From the NCBI GenBank assembly GCA_000402355.1, contig AQRS01000042.1, positions 22,790 to 74,786 of the forward strand: 51,997 nucleotides of DNA, given 5' to 3'. The translations under genes and the position numbers were made by a program. Below, one piece after another: positions 36,020 to 44,300 of the stretch. The stretch is from Candidatus Iainarchaeum andersonii SCGC AAA011-E11. Its GTDB lineage: Archaea > Iainarchaeota > Iainarchaeia > Iainarchaeales > Iainarchaeaceae. The notes beneath the pieces were generated by a model, which was not told where the DNA came from, did no database searches, and saw nothing but the letters and a program-made list of their open reading frames with translations. The stretch's first letter is position 1. Each line of letters starts with the position of its first letter.

Positions 36020-36187
36020 ATGAGCCTGAAAAAACTCCTGCTTGAGGAGCGAAGCCAGAGCGAGTGGAACTCGGTTTACCTGCTCGTTGTTTTCGCCATT
36101 GCCGCAATATTGGTCATTGCCCTGATTAAGCCCATGTTCAGGCAGAGCCAGGACATAATCAAAACCGAGCCGATAATCAACAAGTAA
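36020..36187 (+). CDS. Small (55 aa) class-III-signal / Flp-like pilin candidate
   Basis: MSLKKLLLEERS|QSEWNSVYLLVVFAIAAILVIALIKPMF... has a charged leader, then Q and a single hydrophobic helix. It has its own TATA-like box. Confidence 0.5.
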   Translation: MSLKKLLLEERSQSEWNSVYLLVVFAIAAILVIALIKPMFRQSQDIIKTEPIINK

Positions 36188-36212
36188 TTCCCTGCAAATT
36201 CAAATTGTGTAA

Positions 36213-36221
36213 CTTTAAATA
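36213..36221 (+). promoter_or_regulatory. TATA box (CTTTAAATA) for the pilin gene at 36244
   Basis: Centre about 27 nt upstream of ATG 36244, i.e. leaderless geometry. Confidence 0.4.
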
Positions 36222-36243
36222 CTACTTTTTCCTACTTTGATTC

Positions 36244-36861
36244 ATGGCTTTGCCAAACCTTTCAGAGCAGGTTTTTCGTTTCCTGAAAGAACGGAAAAAT
36301 CGCGTGCTTTCCTCCAGGGGCCAGGAATCCGCGCCGTTCGAGCTCCTGATAGCGATTATTGTAATGACGTTTGTCATAATAATCGGCTTCAACGCGCTCA
36401 ACGCGCTGAACACGCAAACCTGTCGCGGTAACTTGGAGCAGAACCTCGAGCAGATAAAGGCCGGCATAGAGCAGGTCGTGAAAGACAAATCAAAGGCAAA
36501 TGTTTCTTTTGAATTGCCGGGATGCTTCAGCGAGGAGCAAAGCAGGCTGAAAATAATAGAGCGCGACGAGCGCGACTTCTGCTCGTATTACTGCGGCGGA
36601 AGCCTCTCCCAATGCACCGTGCTCCAGTTTTCTTCGCCCGAATTCACGAGCACGAAATGCCTCAGGATTTCTTCGGCCACGGTTTTTCCGAACGCGGATT
36701 CCTGCCCGATTGAAGTGCTTGAAGGCGGCTCGGAACGCTACACGGTTTCAGAGTGGAAAAGCACTGAATCAGGGATAGAGCCGGGCCAGTACACCCTCGT
36801 CAGGCAGTTCAACCTCTTCAGTAACGCGCCCGTGGTTTGCGCGTACAAAAGGAAGGTGTGA
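36244..36861 (+). CDS. Pilin-like protein with class III signal (…VLSSRG|QESAPFELLIAIIVMTFVIIIGF)
   Basis: A 25-aa leader ends in RG, followed by Q+1 and a hydrophobic helix. The soluble domain is Cys-containing. Confidence 0.7.
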   Translation: MALPNLSEQVFRFLKERKNRVLSSRGQESAPFELLIAIIVMTFVIIIGFNALNALNTQTCRGNLEQNLEQIKAGIEQVVKDKSKANVSFELPGCFSEEQSRLKIIERDERDFCSYYCGGSLSQCTVLQFSSPEFTSTKCLRISSATVFPNADSCPIEVLEGGSERYTVSEWKSTESGIEPGQYTLVRQFNLFSNAPVVCAYKRKV

Positions 36862-36864
36862 ATA

Positions 36865-37524
36865 ATGCTTGACTTCATTCTGAGCAAAATGAACCTCCTC
36901 ATTCTGGTTACCGCAATCTTTGCGATAGTTGGCTTTTTCACATTCGGCCTCATGGACATAACCAAGGTTAATGAAGCGGGTGCAGTGGCTTCGAGGATTG
37001 CGGAAAAATCTTTTGCATTGGTTTCATCCCCGAACTACTGTTTCAGCGACCGGTATGTTCTTGACAACGAGATAATGGTTGCGGGAAGCGGCTATTACTA
37101 CGTCCTGAAAATTTCGAAAACTGTGGTGATTCCGCAGAACAGCGTTTCCGGGGAACCTGTCAATGTCGTGGTTTTTTCCGTTTACCCGAGAACGGAAATA
37201 AAGAACCAATACGGGGACTCGAGTTACAGTGCAAAGGCCATTGCCGCGGACAGCTTCAGGACCGAAGCGGAAATCCACCTCTACTCGCAAACTTATAGCG
37301 GAACCACTTATGAAGACGCGATACAGGAGCAGGACGAGCTTTATGTTGACCCGCAGGCGCAGATCCCTTTCAATTCCGTCGAGTTCATCAAGGAGGTTGA
37401 TGAGGGGTGGCCAAAGCTTTACATCATTGCATGCAATTCCGCGACCTGCCTCGCGAACAAAACCTTTGTCGGCAACATGGTGCATCCCGAGCAGCCGGAT
37501 GCGGGCGGTGGCTTCAGATGCTAG
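36865..37524 (+). CDS. N-terminally anchored pilus-locus protein (219 aa), no clear cleavage motif
   Basis: MLDFILSKMNLLILVTAIFAIVGFFTFGLMDI, then a soluble domain. An SD-like GGAAGGTG lies 6-13 nt upstream of the ATG. The gene sits 3 nt after the previous stop. Confidence 0.55.
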   Translation: MLDFILSKMNLLILVTAIFAIVGFFTFGLMDITKVNEAGAVASRIAEKSFALVSSPNYCFSDRYVLDNEIMVAGSGYYYVLKISKTVVIPQNSVSGEPVNVVVFSVYPRTEIKNQYGDSSYSAKAIAADSFRTEAEIHLYSQTYSGTTYEDAIQEQDELYVDPQAQIPFNSVEFIKEVDEGWPKLYIIACNSATCLANKTFVGNMVHPEQPDAGGGFRC

Positions 37525-38054
37525 CAAAAGGATTCATCGGCCCAATCGGGGACGATTTGCCTTCGCTCATACCATTGCTCGTGGGCTTGGTGATATTCTT
37601 CTCCACTTTCTCGGTTACGTTCAACGCCTTTGATGCGCGCAATGCGGAATTCGACCATGACATTGCATTGATGAGGATTTCACGCGTGCTTCAGTCCAAC
37701 AGCTACATTTTCAGCTACCAGAACTTCGCGGCTTTGTGCTCGCAGGTAGGCGTTTCACCACTGAATTTTGTCGGCGCGATTTCAAGCGACGAAACAATGC
37801 CGAACAGCACTGATGCATCCGATGTTGGGGAGGCAAAAAACATTTTCGACACAGGCTTTTTCACGAACGGCGAGGGGCAAACCTTTTACTGCACGAACGT
37901 AACCGGGGTTGACCCCCCGCCGAAAAAATTCAGTGACATCATAACACTGAAGGAAGCCGCCGACCTTCAGTTCGTCTCCAGGATTTACCCGATAGTTGTC
38001 GAGGACAATAAAGTGGTGAAGCCGATGCACTTGTACGTGGTGGCCTGGAAATGA
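37518..38054 (+). CDS. Pilin-like/pilus-locus protein (178 aa) with MLAKG|FIGPIGDDLPSLIPLLVGLVIFFSTF
   Basis: The internal ATG at 37518 is preferred; the track ORF from 37407 lies inside the previous CDS. It overlaps the previous gene by 7 nt. A KG|F motif is followed by a hydrophobic helix. Confidence 0.55.
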   Translation: MLAKGFIGPIGDDLPSLIPLLVGLVIFFSTFSVTFNAFDARNAEFDHDIALMRISRVLQSNSYIFSYQNFAALCSQVGVSPLNFVGAISSDETMPNSTDASDVGEAKNIFDTGFFTNGEGQTFYCTNVTGVDPPPKKFSDIITLKEAADLQFVSRIYPIVVEDNKVVKPMHLYVVAWK

Positions 38055-38863
38055 ATTCGAAGGGGCAGGCGGCAATAACGGATGCGCTTTACTTCCTCAT
38101 GATAATCACAGTGCTTTCGGTATTCCTTTTCGGGTTCGCGAACAATTACGGCAACTCCGTCAAGCAGAAGATAAACGACGAGTACAGCACGACCTTCGCG
38201 ACAAATGCGCTCAAAACAATACTCTACAGTTCCACCCCGAGAGATTCCTCGCAGAGCATTTACGACAGGGACGCGGAAATAGACTTTCTCCTGGCCATAC
38301 TGAAGGAGGATTATTCAGACGACCAGGTCATCGGCGACAGGGAAAAGCTGGTGTTGGCGGACACCATAACCTCGATTCTCGCGCCGATTTCGGACTCGGC
38401 GGATTACGCGTTTTACATAACCATTCCGAACGACAAAAAGCTCGTTTACTTTTTTATCCACCTCACAAACTTCAAAAAGGAAGGCCCTTTCAACCCCGGG
38501 AGGTACTACATTTACTCGCCCGGCGACCCGCCGCACATTGATTATTTCTGCGGAGTGAAACCCGTTCAGGATTCGGATTACAGGTTCGAGCCGGATTATG
38601 ACGCCTTTTTTGCAAAGCTCACGCGCCTTTTGACCAATGTGGGCCCGACTTCACAGGCCGCTTCCTCCATAAAGCTCGTGAAGGAAAGTTCGCGTGGCAG
38701 CTTCGACGACTTCAAGGCGCAGGCCTATTTGGTCAGGTGGGATGCGGTGTGGCTCGGTAGAACAGAAGAAAGAAACTCGGGGCTGTTCTACTCAAATGAT
38801 TCTGCCGTGCTTGAGGGCGGCTGGGATTGCGTGAAGGTTGAAAGCCTGAGAAATCATACATAG
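38051..38863 (+). CDS. Pilin-like protein with class III signal (MNSKG|QAAITDALYFLMIITVLSVFLFGF), 270 aa
   Basis: ATGA overlap with the previous gene. KG|Q motif plus a hydrophobic helix. Confidence 0.7.
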   Translation: MNSKGQAAITDALYFLMIITVLSVFLFGFANNYGNSVKQKINDEYSTTFATNALKTILYSSTPRDSSQSIYDRDAEIDFLLAILKEDYSDDQVIGDREKLVLADTITSILAPISDSADYAFYITIPNDKKLVYFFIHLTNFKKEGPFNPGRYYIYSPGDPPHIDYFCGVKPVQDSDYRFEPDYDAFFAKLTRLLTNVGPTSQAASSIKLVKESSRGSFDDFKAQAYLVRWDAVWLGRTEERNSGLFYSNDSAVLEGGWDCVKVESLRNHT

Positions 38864-39600
38864 GAAACTTTCCTTTTTTTGAAGCCCGCGCCGCATTTCG
38901 GGCAGGTGTACTTGACCGTGTCCTGCTGAACCTCAATGCTTTTCGCGCAGTGGTCGCAGAACCCTTGAGCACAATTCACGCAGTAAACAATCTGCTTCGT
39001 GTGGTTCCCGCATTTCGGGCATTTTGTCTTGTCGGTTTCGACTTCCTTGTCAACCAAGTCAATGTCATTGCCCTCGATGCTATCCTCGAGCGAAGAAAGC
39101 TCGTCAAGGCTGCTGAGTTCCTTTATCTGCGACTCGTTCTCCTCTTCGCTTGCCAAGTCAGGAATTTTCTCATCCCCGAAGGATGGCATTTCCATTGCAG
39201 TGTCATCTTCCTCGGGTTCCTCGCCGGCATCCTTGGCCTGCGCCTTTTGGGTATTCTGTGGTTCTTTTTTCCCGCCCTTTTCCTCGAGCTTGCCCTTTCT
39301 CCTCAGCATCCTTTTTTCCGCGATAGTGGGTTCCCTGCCTTTCGGCGTTCCCCCAGAATCGGCCTGCTGCGCATTTTCATTCAATTGCCCCTTGCGCATT
39401 TCATCGCGGAGCTGCGTGAAAACATTGTCGCTTATTTCCTCAATCTCCTTCCTGTCCGGATAGCGCGACTTTTCCTCCCTGAAACTGTCAATCTCCTTCA
39501 AGGCGATTTCAGTGCTCTTGCTCTTCACTTCCTGTTCGCTCGGCTTATTGCCGCTTTCCCTGTTGAAACGCCTCATTCTCCTCGGGGTTTCATCAGCCAT
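38854..39600 (-). CDS. Highly charged/disordered protein with a C-terminal 8-Cys double zinc ribbon
   Basis: The C-terminus is CPKCGNHTKQIVYCVNCAQGFCDHCAKSIEVQQDTVKYTCPKCG. The N-terminal 190 aa are K/E/D-rich. ATG at 39600. The gene overlaps the upstream gene's stop by 8 nt. Confidence 0.6.
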   Translation of the reverse strand: MADETPRRMRRFNRESGNKPSEQEVKSKSTEIALKEIDSFREEKSRYPDRKEIEEISDNVFTQLRDEMRKGQLNENAQQADSGGTPKGREPTIAEKRMLRRKGKLEEKGGKKEPQNTQKAQAKDAGEEPEEDDTAMEMPSFGDEKIPDLASEEENESQIKELSSLDELSSLEDSIEGNDIDLVDKEVETDKTKCPKCGNHTKQIVYCVNCAQGFCDHCAKSIEVQQDTVKYTCPKCGAGFKKRKVSYV

Positions 39601-40474
39601 TGCCCTCGCCTTCCTTAAGCAGTTCCTTGAGGGCCTTCATGGATTTCGGCATGGCCTGCTCCTTTGCCTCCGTTCCATCCTTTTTTTCCTCGAGTTCCTT
39701 CTGCTTTTCCTCGAGCTCCTTGAGCCCCTTGTTTTCTCCCGCCAATCCGACTTCCTTCATGAGGTTCTGCCTGATGAATTCCTTGGACTCATCAACTTTT
39801 TTCTCGCTCTGGTTTCTGGTTTCCATTACGCTTGACTTTTCCTCGGCCTGCTTCTTCTCGAGCCTGCTGATTATGTCCTCAATGGCATCCCTCCTTTTGT
39901 CATCTTCTTTCCCGCTCCGCGTAACCTTAACTTCCTCTTTTTTTGCAGCCAGGACAGGCGCAACAGGAACCGCATCAGGAATTTTTTCCGATGGTCCGAT
40001 TTTTTCCCTGAGCTTCTCCCTCAGCCGATTCGCCTTTTCCTCGCTCATGCTGTTCACTTTTGTGTAGCTGTTTTCAGGGAGTTTCTCCACTGCCTTTTTC
40101 GCCGCGATGTTTGCGGAAACCACGCGCTTCGGAACCCCCACGTTTACCTTTTTTGTGGACATGAATTTCCTCTTTACGGTGAGAATCGCGATTGCAATCA
40201 GGAAAATGAGGATTGTGTTCACAAGGATAAGCTGCTCAAAGCCGAGGTCCGCGAGATTAAGGAAAGCAATTGCCGCGCTGACAAGCACAATCATTATGCT
40301 CACAAAAGCGCCGATTGCGATGCTGGCGCCGCTCTTGTACTCGAGGTCTATCGAGCGGATGTTCGGCCACCCGACCCTGAGCAGAATGTATCCCCACGTG
40401 GCCGAGCCCAAAAGCACGTAAAGCGAAAGCCCCACACCGGCCAGAATAGAAGCGAAAGCCATGCCACAACACAT
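39593..40474 (-). CDS. Membrane protein (4 TM) with a long K/E-rich coiled-coil cytoplasmic tail
   Basis: MCCGMAFASILAGVGLSLYVLLGSATWGYILL...ILIFLIAIAILTV is followed by a charged tail (EKANRLREKLREKIG...KELEEKQKELEEKKDG). ATGs at 40474 and 40462. A TATA-like CTTTTATTAA lies about 25 nt upstream. Confidence 0.6.
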   Translation of the reverse strand: MCCGMAFASILAGVGLSLYVLLGSATWGYILLRVGWPNIRSIDLEYKSGASIAIGAFVSIMIVLVSAAIAFLNLADLGFEQLILVNTILIFLIAIAILTVKRKFMSTKKVNVGVPKRVVSANIAAKKAVEKLPENSYTKVNSMSEEKANRLREKLREKIGPSEKIPDAVPVAPVLAAKKEEVKVTRSGKEDDKRRDAIEDIISRLEKKQAEEKSSVMETRNQSEKKVDESKEFIRQNLMKEVGLAGENKGLKELEEKQKELEEKKDGTEAKEQAMPKSMKALKELLKEGEGNG

Positions 40475-40528
40475 GTTTTTTTGGGTTAATAAAAGTTATT
40501 TTTGCCGAAAAAACGCGCACTAAAATTA

Positions 40529-40536
40529 TTTATATT
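40529..40536 (+). promoter_or_regulatory. TATA box (TTTATATT) for the gene at 40557
   Basis: Centre about 25 nt upstream of ATG 40557. It lies in the divergent intergenic region shared with the gene at 40474. Confidence 0.4.
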
Positions 40537-40556
40537 ACAAAACCCTATATTTCTGC

Positions 40557-41099
40557 ATGGTTTTCGAGGCAATAACAGACCTTTTCCTTTCCGTGCTTGA
40601 CATACTGCGCGGCTCGATTGTTCCGACTATTCCGGTTTTTTTGGCCGTGCTATTCGCCTCGGGAATCAGGAAAAAAATAGAGAAGGAAACAAAGCGGAGC
40701 TGGATTGCAACTTTACTTGCCTCGACAATAATCGTGATGTACTTTATCCTGCTCTTCGCGTATTTTATCCCGTACCTGGCTGCTTTGCAGCAGTCCAATG
40801 TCGGGGAAATTCCCTCGCCCTTCGCGCCCTCGCTCGCCGGCCTGGTTGTTGGATTTGTTTTCGGCGCCCTCTGGGTTTTCGTGGTTGCCGTGGTTGCTTC
40901 GCTGATACTTCTGCCGCTTGAATTCGTGGGCGCGTTCATCCACGAGTATGTTTCAAAAAAGCTCGGAAAACAGCCCGCATGGCTCAAGCTGCTTATAGCA
41001 ACCTACATTTCTGTGGCTGTTGCCAGCGCAGCCATAATCTTCATTGTGCCGTGGCTTTTGCCGGGGTTCCTGTATTTCCTGTACTACGGAATCAAGTAG
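40557..41099 (+). CDS. Polytopic membrane protein (180 aa, ~5 TM), unknown function
   Basis: Hydrophobic throughout (IVPTIPVFLAVLFASGI, LLASTIIVMYFILLFAYFIPYLAAL, LVVGFVFGALWVFVVAVVASLILLPL, LLIATYISVAVASAAIIFIVPWLLPGFLYF). The stop is followed by TTTTT. Confidence 0.6.
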   Translation: MVFEAITDLFLSVLDILRGSIVPTIPVFLAVLFASGIRKKIEKETKRSWIATLLASTIIVMYFILLFAYFIPYLAALQQSNVGEIPSPFAPSLAGLVVGFVFGALWVFVVAVVASLILLPLEFVGAFIHEYVSKKLGKQPAWLKLLIATYISVAVASAAIIFIVPWLLPGFLYFLYYGIK

Positions 41100-41228
41100 T
41101 TTTTGGCTTCCTGCCCTTTAACAACCCAAAAGAAATCCTCGCCATTCATGGCGCCTTGCAGAATCTCTGGATTCTGCGAGGCCTCGCAGAACTTGTGTTC
41201 TGCAAGGAAGTTTTGCCCGGATTTCTTT

Positions 41229-41281
41229 CAAAGTGTTGACAGGGAGAAAAAGCCTGCATCGTTTCATTTGTCAACACTTTG
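41229..41281. promoter_or_regulatory. Perfect 13-bp inverted repeat CAAAGTGTTGACA-N27-TGTCAACACTTTG upstream of the 1524-aa gene
   Basis: Arms at 41229-41241 and 41269-41281, checked base by base. They lie 90-140 nt upstream of ATG 41371 and upstream of the AT-rich TATA region (41337-41357). Confidence 0.35.
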
Positions 41282-41370
41282 CCCGTTGACGGCATGTTCA
41301 AAGAAACAAATAAATATGCCCAGAAGCCTTTAACTTAACAATAAAGCAATATATATTGCGGGTTTTTTCC

Positions 41371-44300
41371 ATGCGGCAGGTTTATTCCATTTTCATTGTT
41401 TACCTGATGCTTTTCCCTGTACTTGCCGATGCAACACAGCCATTGCAGAAGGCTTCTTTTGCCGATGCACAAACCACTTCCGGAACACAGGACCCGAGGA
41501 CTCTTACCGAAACCCCTCAGGAAACCGCGGCGCGAGAAGCGGGCCTGATTAACCCGCAGACAGCTGCAGCCAACGGGGTTCCGCGGGTGAACGAGTTCAT
41601 GTGCGCAAGTTCCGAACTCAAGCCGAACGAAACACAGAACATCCTCGACCTCCTGAAGGACGGCTACACCGGAAAGGAAATCGCCGGCCAAACTGAAAAG
41701 AATGAGAACCGCGACAGCCTCGCAAACAAGGAGATTATTCTGGTTGATCCGGAGGACGAGAACTCCGCCGTGAAAACCGAAATCCCGAATCAAAAATTCA
41801 AGCCACAGGAAATCTCGCAGTTCCTGAACATGTACATCAACGGCCCGTTCGCGTTCGGAGTGGTTCTCACGGATTCCCTGCGCACGGGAAGATGCGAAAA
41901 CTTCGGTTCCCCTGAATGTTCACTCACAGGGCCGAACCTCACAAGGAGAAATTCCGGAGTGGGCATTGTTGCCGACACGAAGCCAGTGCGAGAGGCTTTC
42001 GGCGACATTTATGATTCGTGGTTCGACGGCAACGAAAACCTGAGCCAGTTCTCCAAAGAACAGAACGACGCCCTGCGCGCCGCAATTGAAACCGACGGCG
42101 GCCAGACGCAGATAAAGACCGCGGAGCGCCTCGAAACAACCTTGATTCCGAACTCGATTCTCACGGAATATTTCGACGCGCGCATGCAGACGAACTGCAA
42201 CAACTCGAGCTGCGTAATAAGCACTTACTCGATGTTCGACAAGTACTTCAACAGCTGGATGTCAAGCGAGATGGTTGTCAGCACCTTCGGCCCGAGCCTA
42301 TTGTACCAGACCAAAAGGCTTTTCGGCTGGACAGGCAGGCGCGGCTTCCTCTCCGGAGTAAGGGAAGAATACCAAAAGTTCCTGGACCGCTTCAGGAAGG
42401 AATTCATTAACGAGGACTCGTTCCTGCAGAAAGTGAGGGCTGCAAGCGTCAAGAACAAGCTCAACAAGTACCCCAGCTGGAAAAAATTCCACCAGGAAAT
42501 GGTCACAGGCCATTCGGACGGTTCCGGTTACGAGCTTATGAAGACCGAAACATTCCAGACCTTCTGGGGAAAACAGCTGGACAAGGGCGGGTTCATTGAC
42601 AGCATGAAAAGCGCGGAGGAAAGGGCGGACTTCCTGAAGTATCTGGTTGACATGCGCGCGATAGTAAGGGCTGGACAGGCAAGGGTGGACGAGGCCCAAT
42701 TAGTCTACAAAACAGCCCTCGCTGAACTCGGGCCGCAAAACCCGGTTACCAAGCAGAAATTAATTGATTACGGAAGGGAATTTGCGCATTACCTTGACCA
42801 GTCGCTGGACGAAAGCGGGCTTGGCGCTGACGCGATTGAGTGGATTGCGCGCTACCCAAATGTCGGCATGTACAACAAGGGAGTCAAGCAGATACTTCCT
42901 GACGGCACCTCGGATGTCGTTGATTTGTTCACGGACCACAGGAACTTCCAGCGCATCCTGAAAAAATTCTACCAGGACGGCACATTCGAGGACTTCGAAG
43001 GCAAGCTCGCGGAGTACGGCAGCGCTTACCAAACAAGGGGCGGCAACATTGTGCTTTACGCATTTGACAAGGACACTGCACAGCCATACAGGGGACTTTC
43101 CTACAGCAACCTTGGGGCCGTGGCAAAGTCCGGCGGAACAAGGCGAGACACTTTCGTCGGAACGGACTACGGCGAATTCATGCGCCTCGACCAGGCTTCA
43201 GTCAGCACCATACAAAGCAGGCTCGGCGCCAACCCGCAGCTGTTCGAGGGAAACTGGAAAGAAACATTCGAGCTTACTCCTGCGGACCTTGCGCAGAGGA
43301 TTACCAATGCGAGGACGAGGCAGGCGGCATACATGCCTTCAACCAACATAGACACAATGATTGACACCATCCGCGAAAGGAACTGGAACTCAAGGAGATA
43401 CTGGAACGCCCTTGACAAGCTCCTGGCGCAGGAAGACGAACTCGTTAGGAGCTACTTCACCATACAGGGCGGCGCGAAATGGACTGCGCTTCCCTTCGGC
43501 TATTGGTGGGCGAAGAAAGGCTTCGGCGTCGAAAGCATCAGCCAGTACCAGTTGCCGGACACCTGGCATGACTTGAAATTCACGCACGGCTCGGAAAATG
43601 TTTACGATTACTCGTACATAGACTTCTTCGCCAATGAAGGCTCCGACCAGGGAGATTTGTTTGTGCAGGTTCTCAACAAGCTTCCCTGGAAGGTTGTTCT
43701 TGATGCGGTCTCGGAAAAATTCAACCCCCTAAGGAACCTTTACGATTCGCTCACGAAAAACCAGCTGCGCAACGAGACAGAAGACCTGGCGTTCTACCTC
43801 ACTGGCCCGGAGGAATGCGCAAACTGCAGCGTCGTCATAAGGAGCGATGACCTCACGAACTTCAGGCCATTCTTCTTTGTGAATGACCAGAAGCTGGTTT
43901 CCTACATCCTCGAGGACACGAAGACAGAAACCGCGAAAAAGCAGGGCCAGACCCTCATAACGTTTGTGGGGCACATGAACCTCGAGGGACAGAGCGGCCA
44001 GGCCAAGGGCGAGCCAATAAACCTCGTTGATGCTATCAACCACAAGGAGGACGCCTCCGGAGTACAGCAAAAGACGTGCAAGGAAGCCGTTGACCAGCTG
44101 CAGTTCTATGGCGTAGAGTTCGGCAAGTACCTGCCGGAAGCCGTGAAGGAAAAGGGGAGGATTGGCGGCGTGCTCTCAGGCCTCGAATCAATCACATACG
44201 GCACGTTCTTCTGGGCGGGAATATTCAGCACCGCCGCAATACAGCTTTCAATTGCGCCGCAGCTGCATGAATGCGTTGATGTTGACGAGGGCTATTACGC

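Noticed and set aside
41100-41228. A minus-strand reading frame, KKSGQNFLAEHKFCEASQNPEILQGAMNGEDFFWVVKGQEAKNYLIP*, as a possible gene remnant
   Set aside because: It is bounded by a stop immediately upstream. The only Met is 21 aa from the end. I recognise no family, and it overlaps the 3' end of the 40557-41099 gene. It cannot be distinguished from chance.
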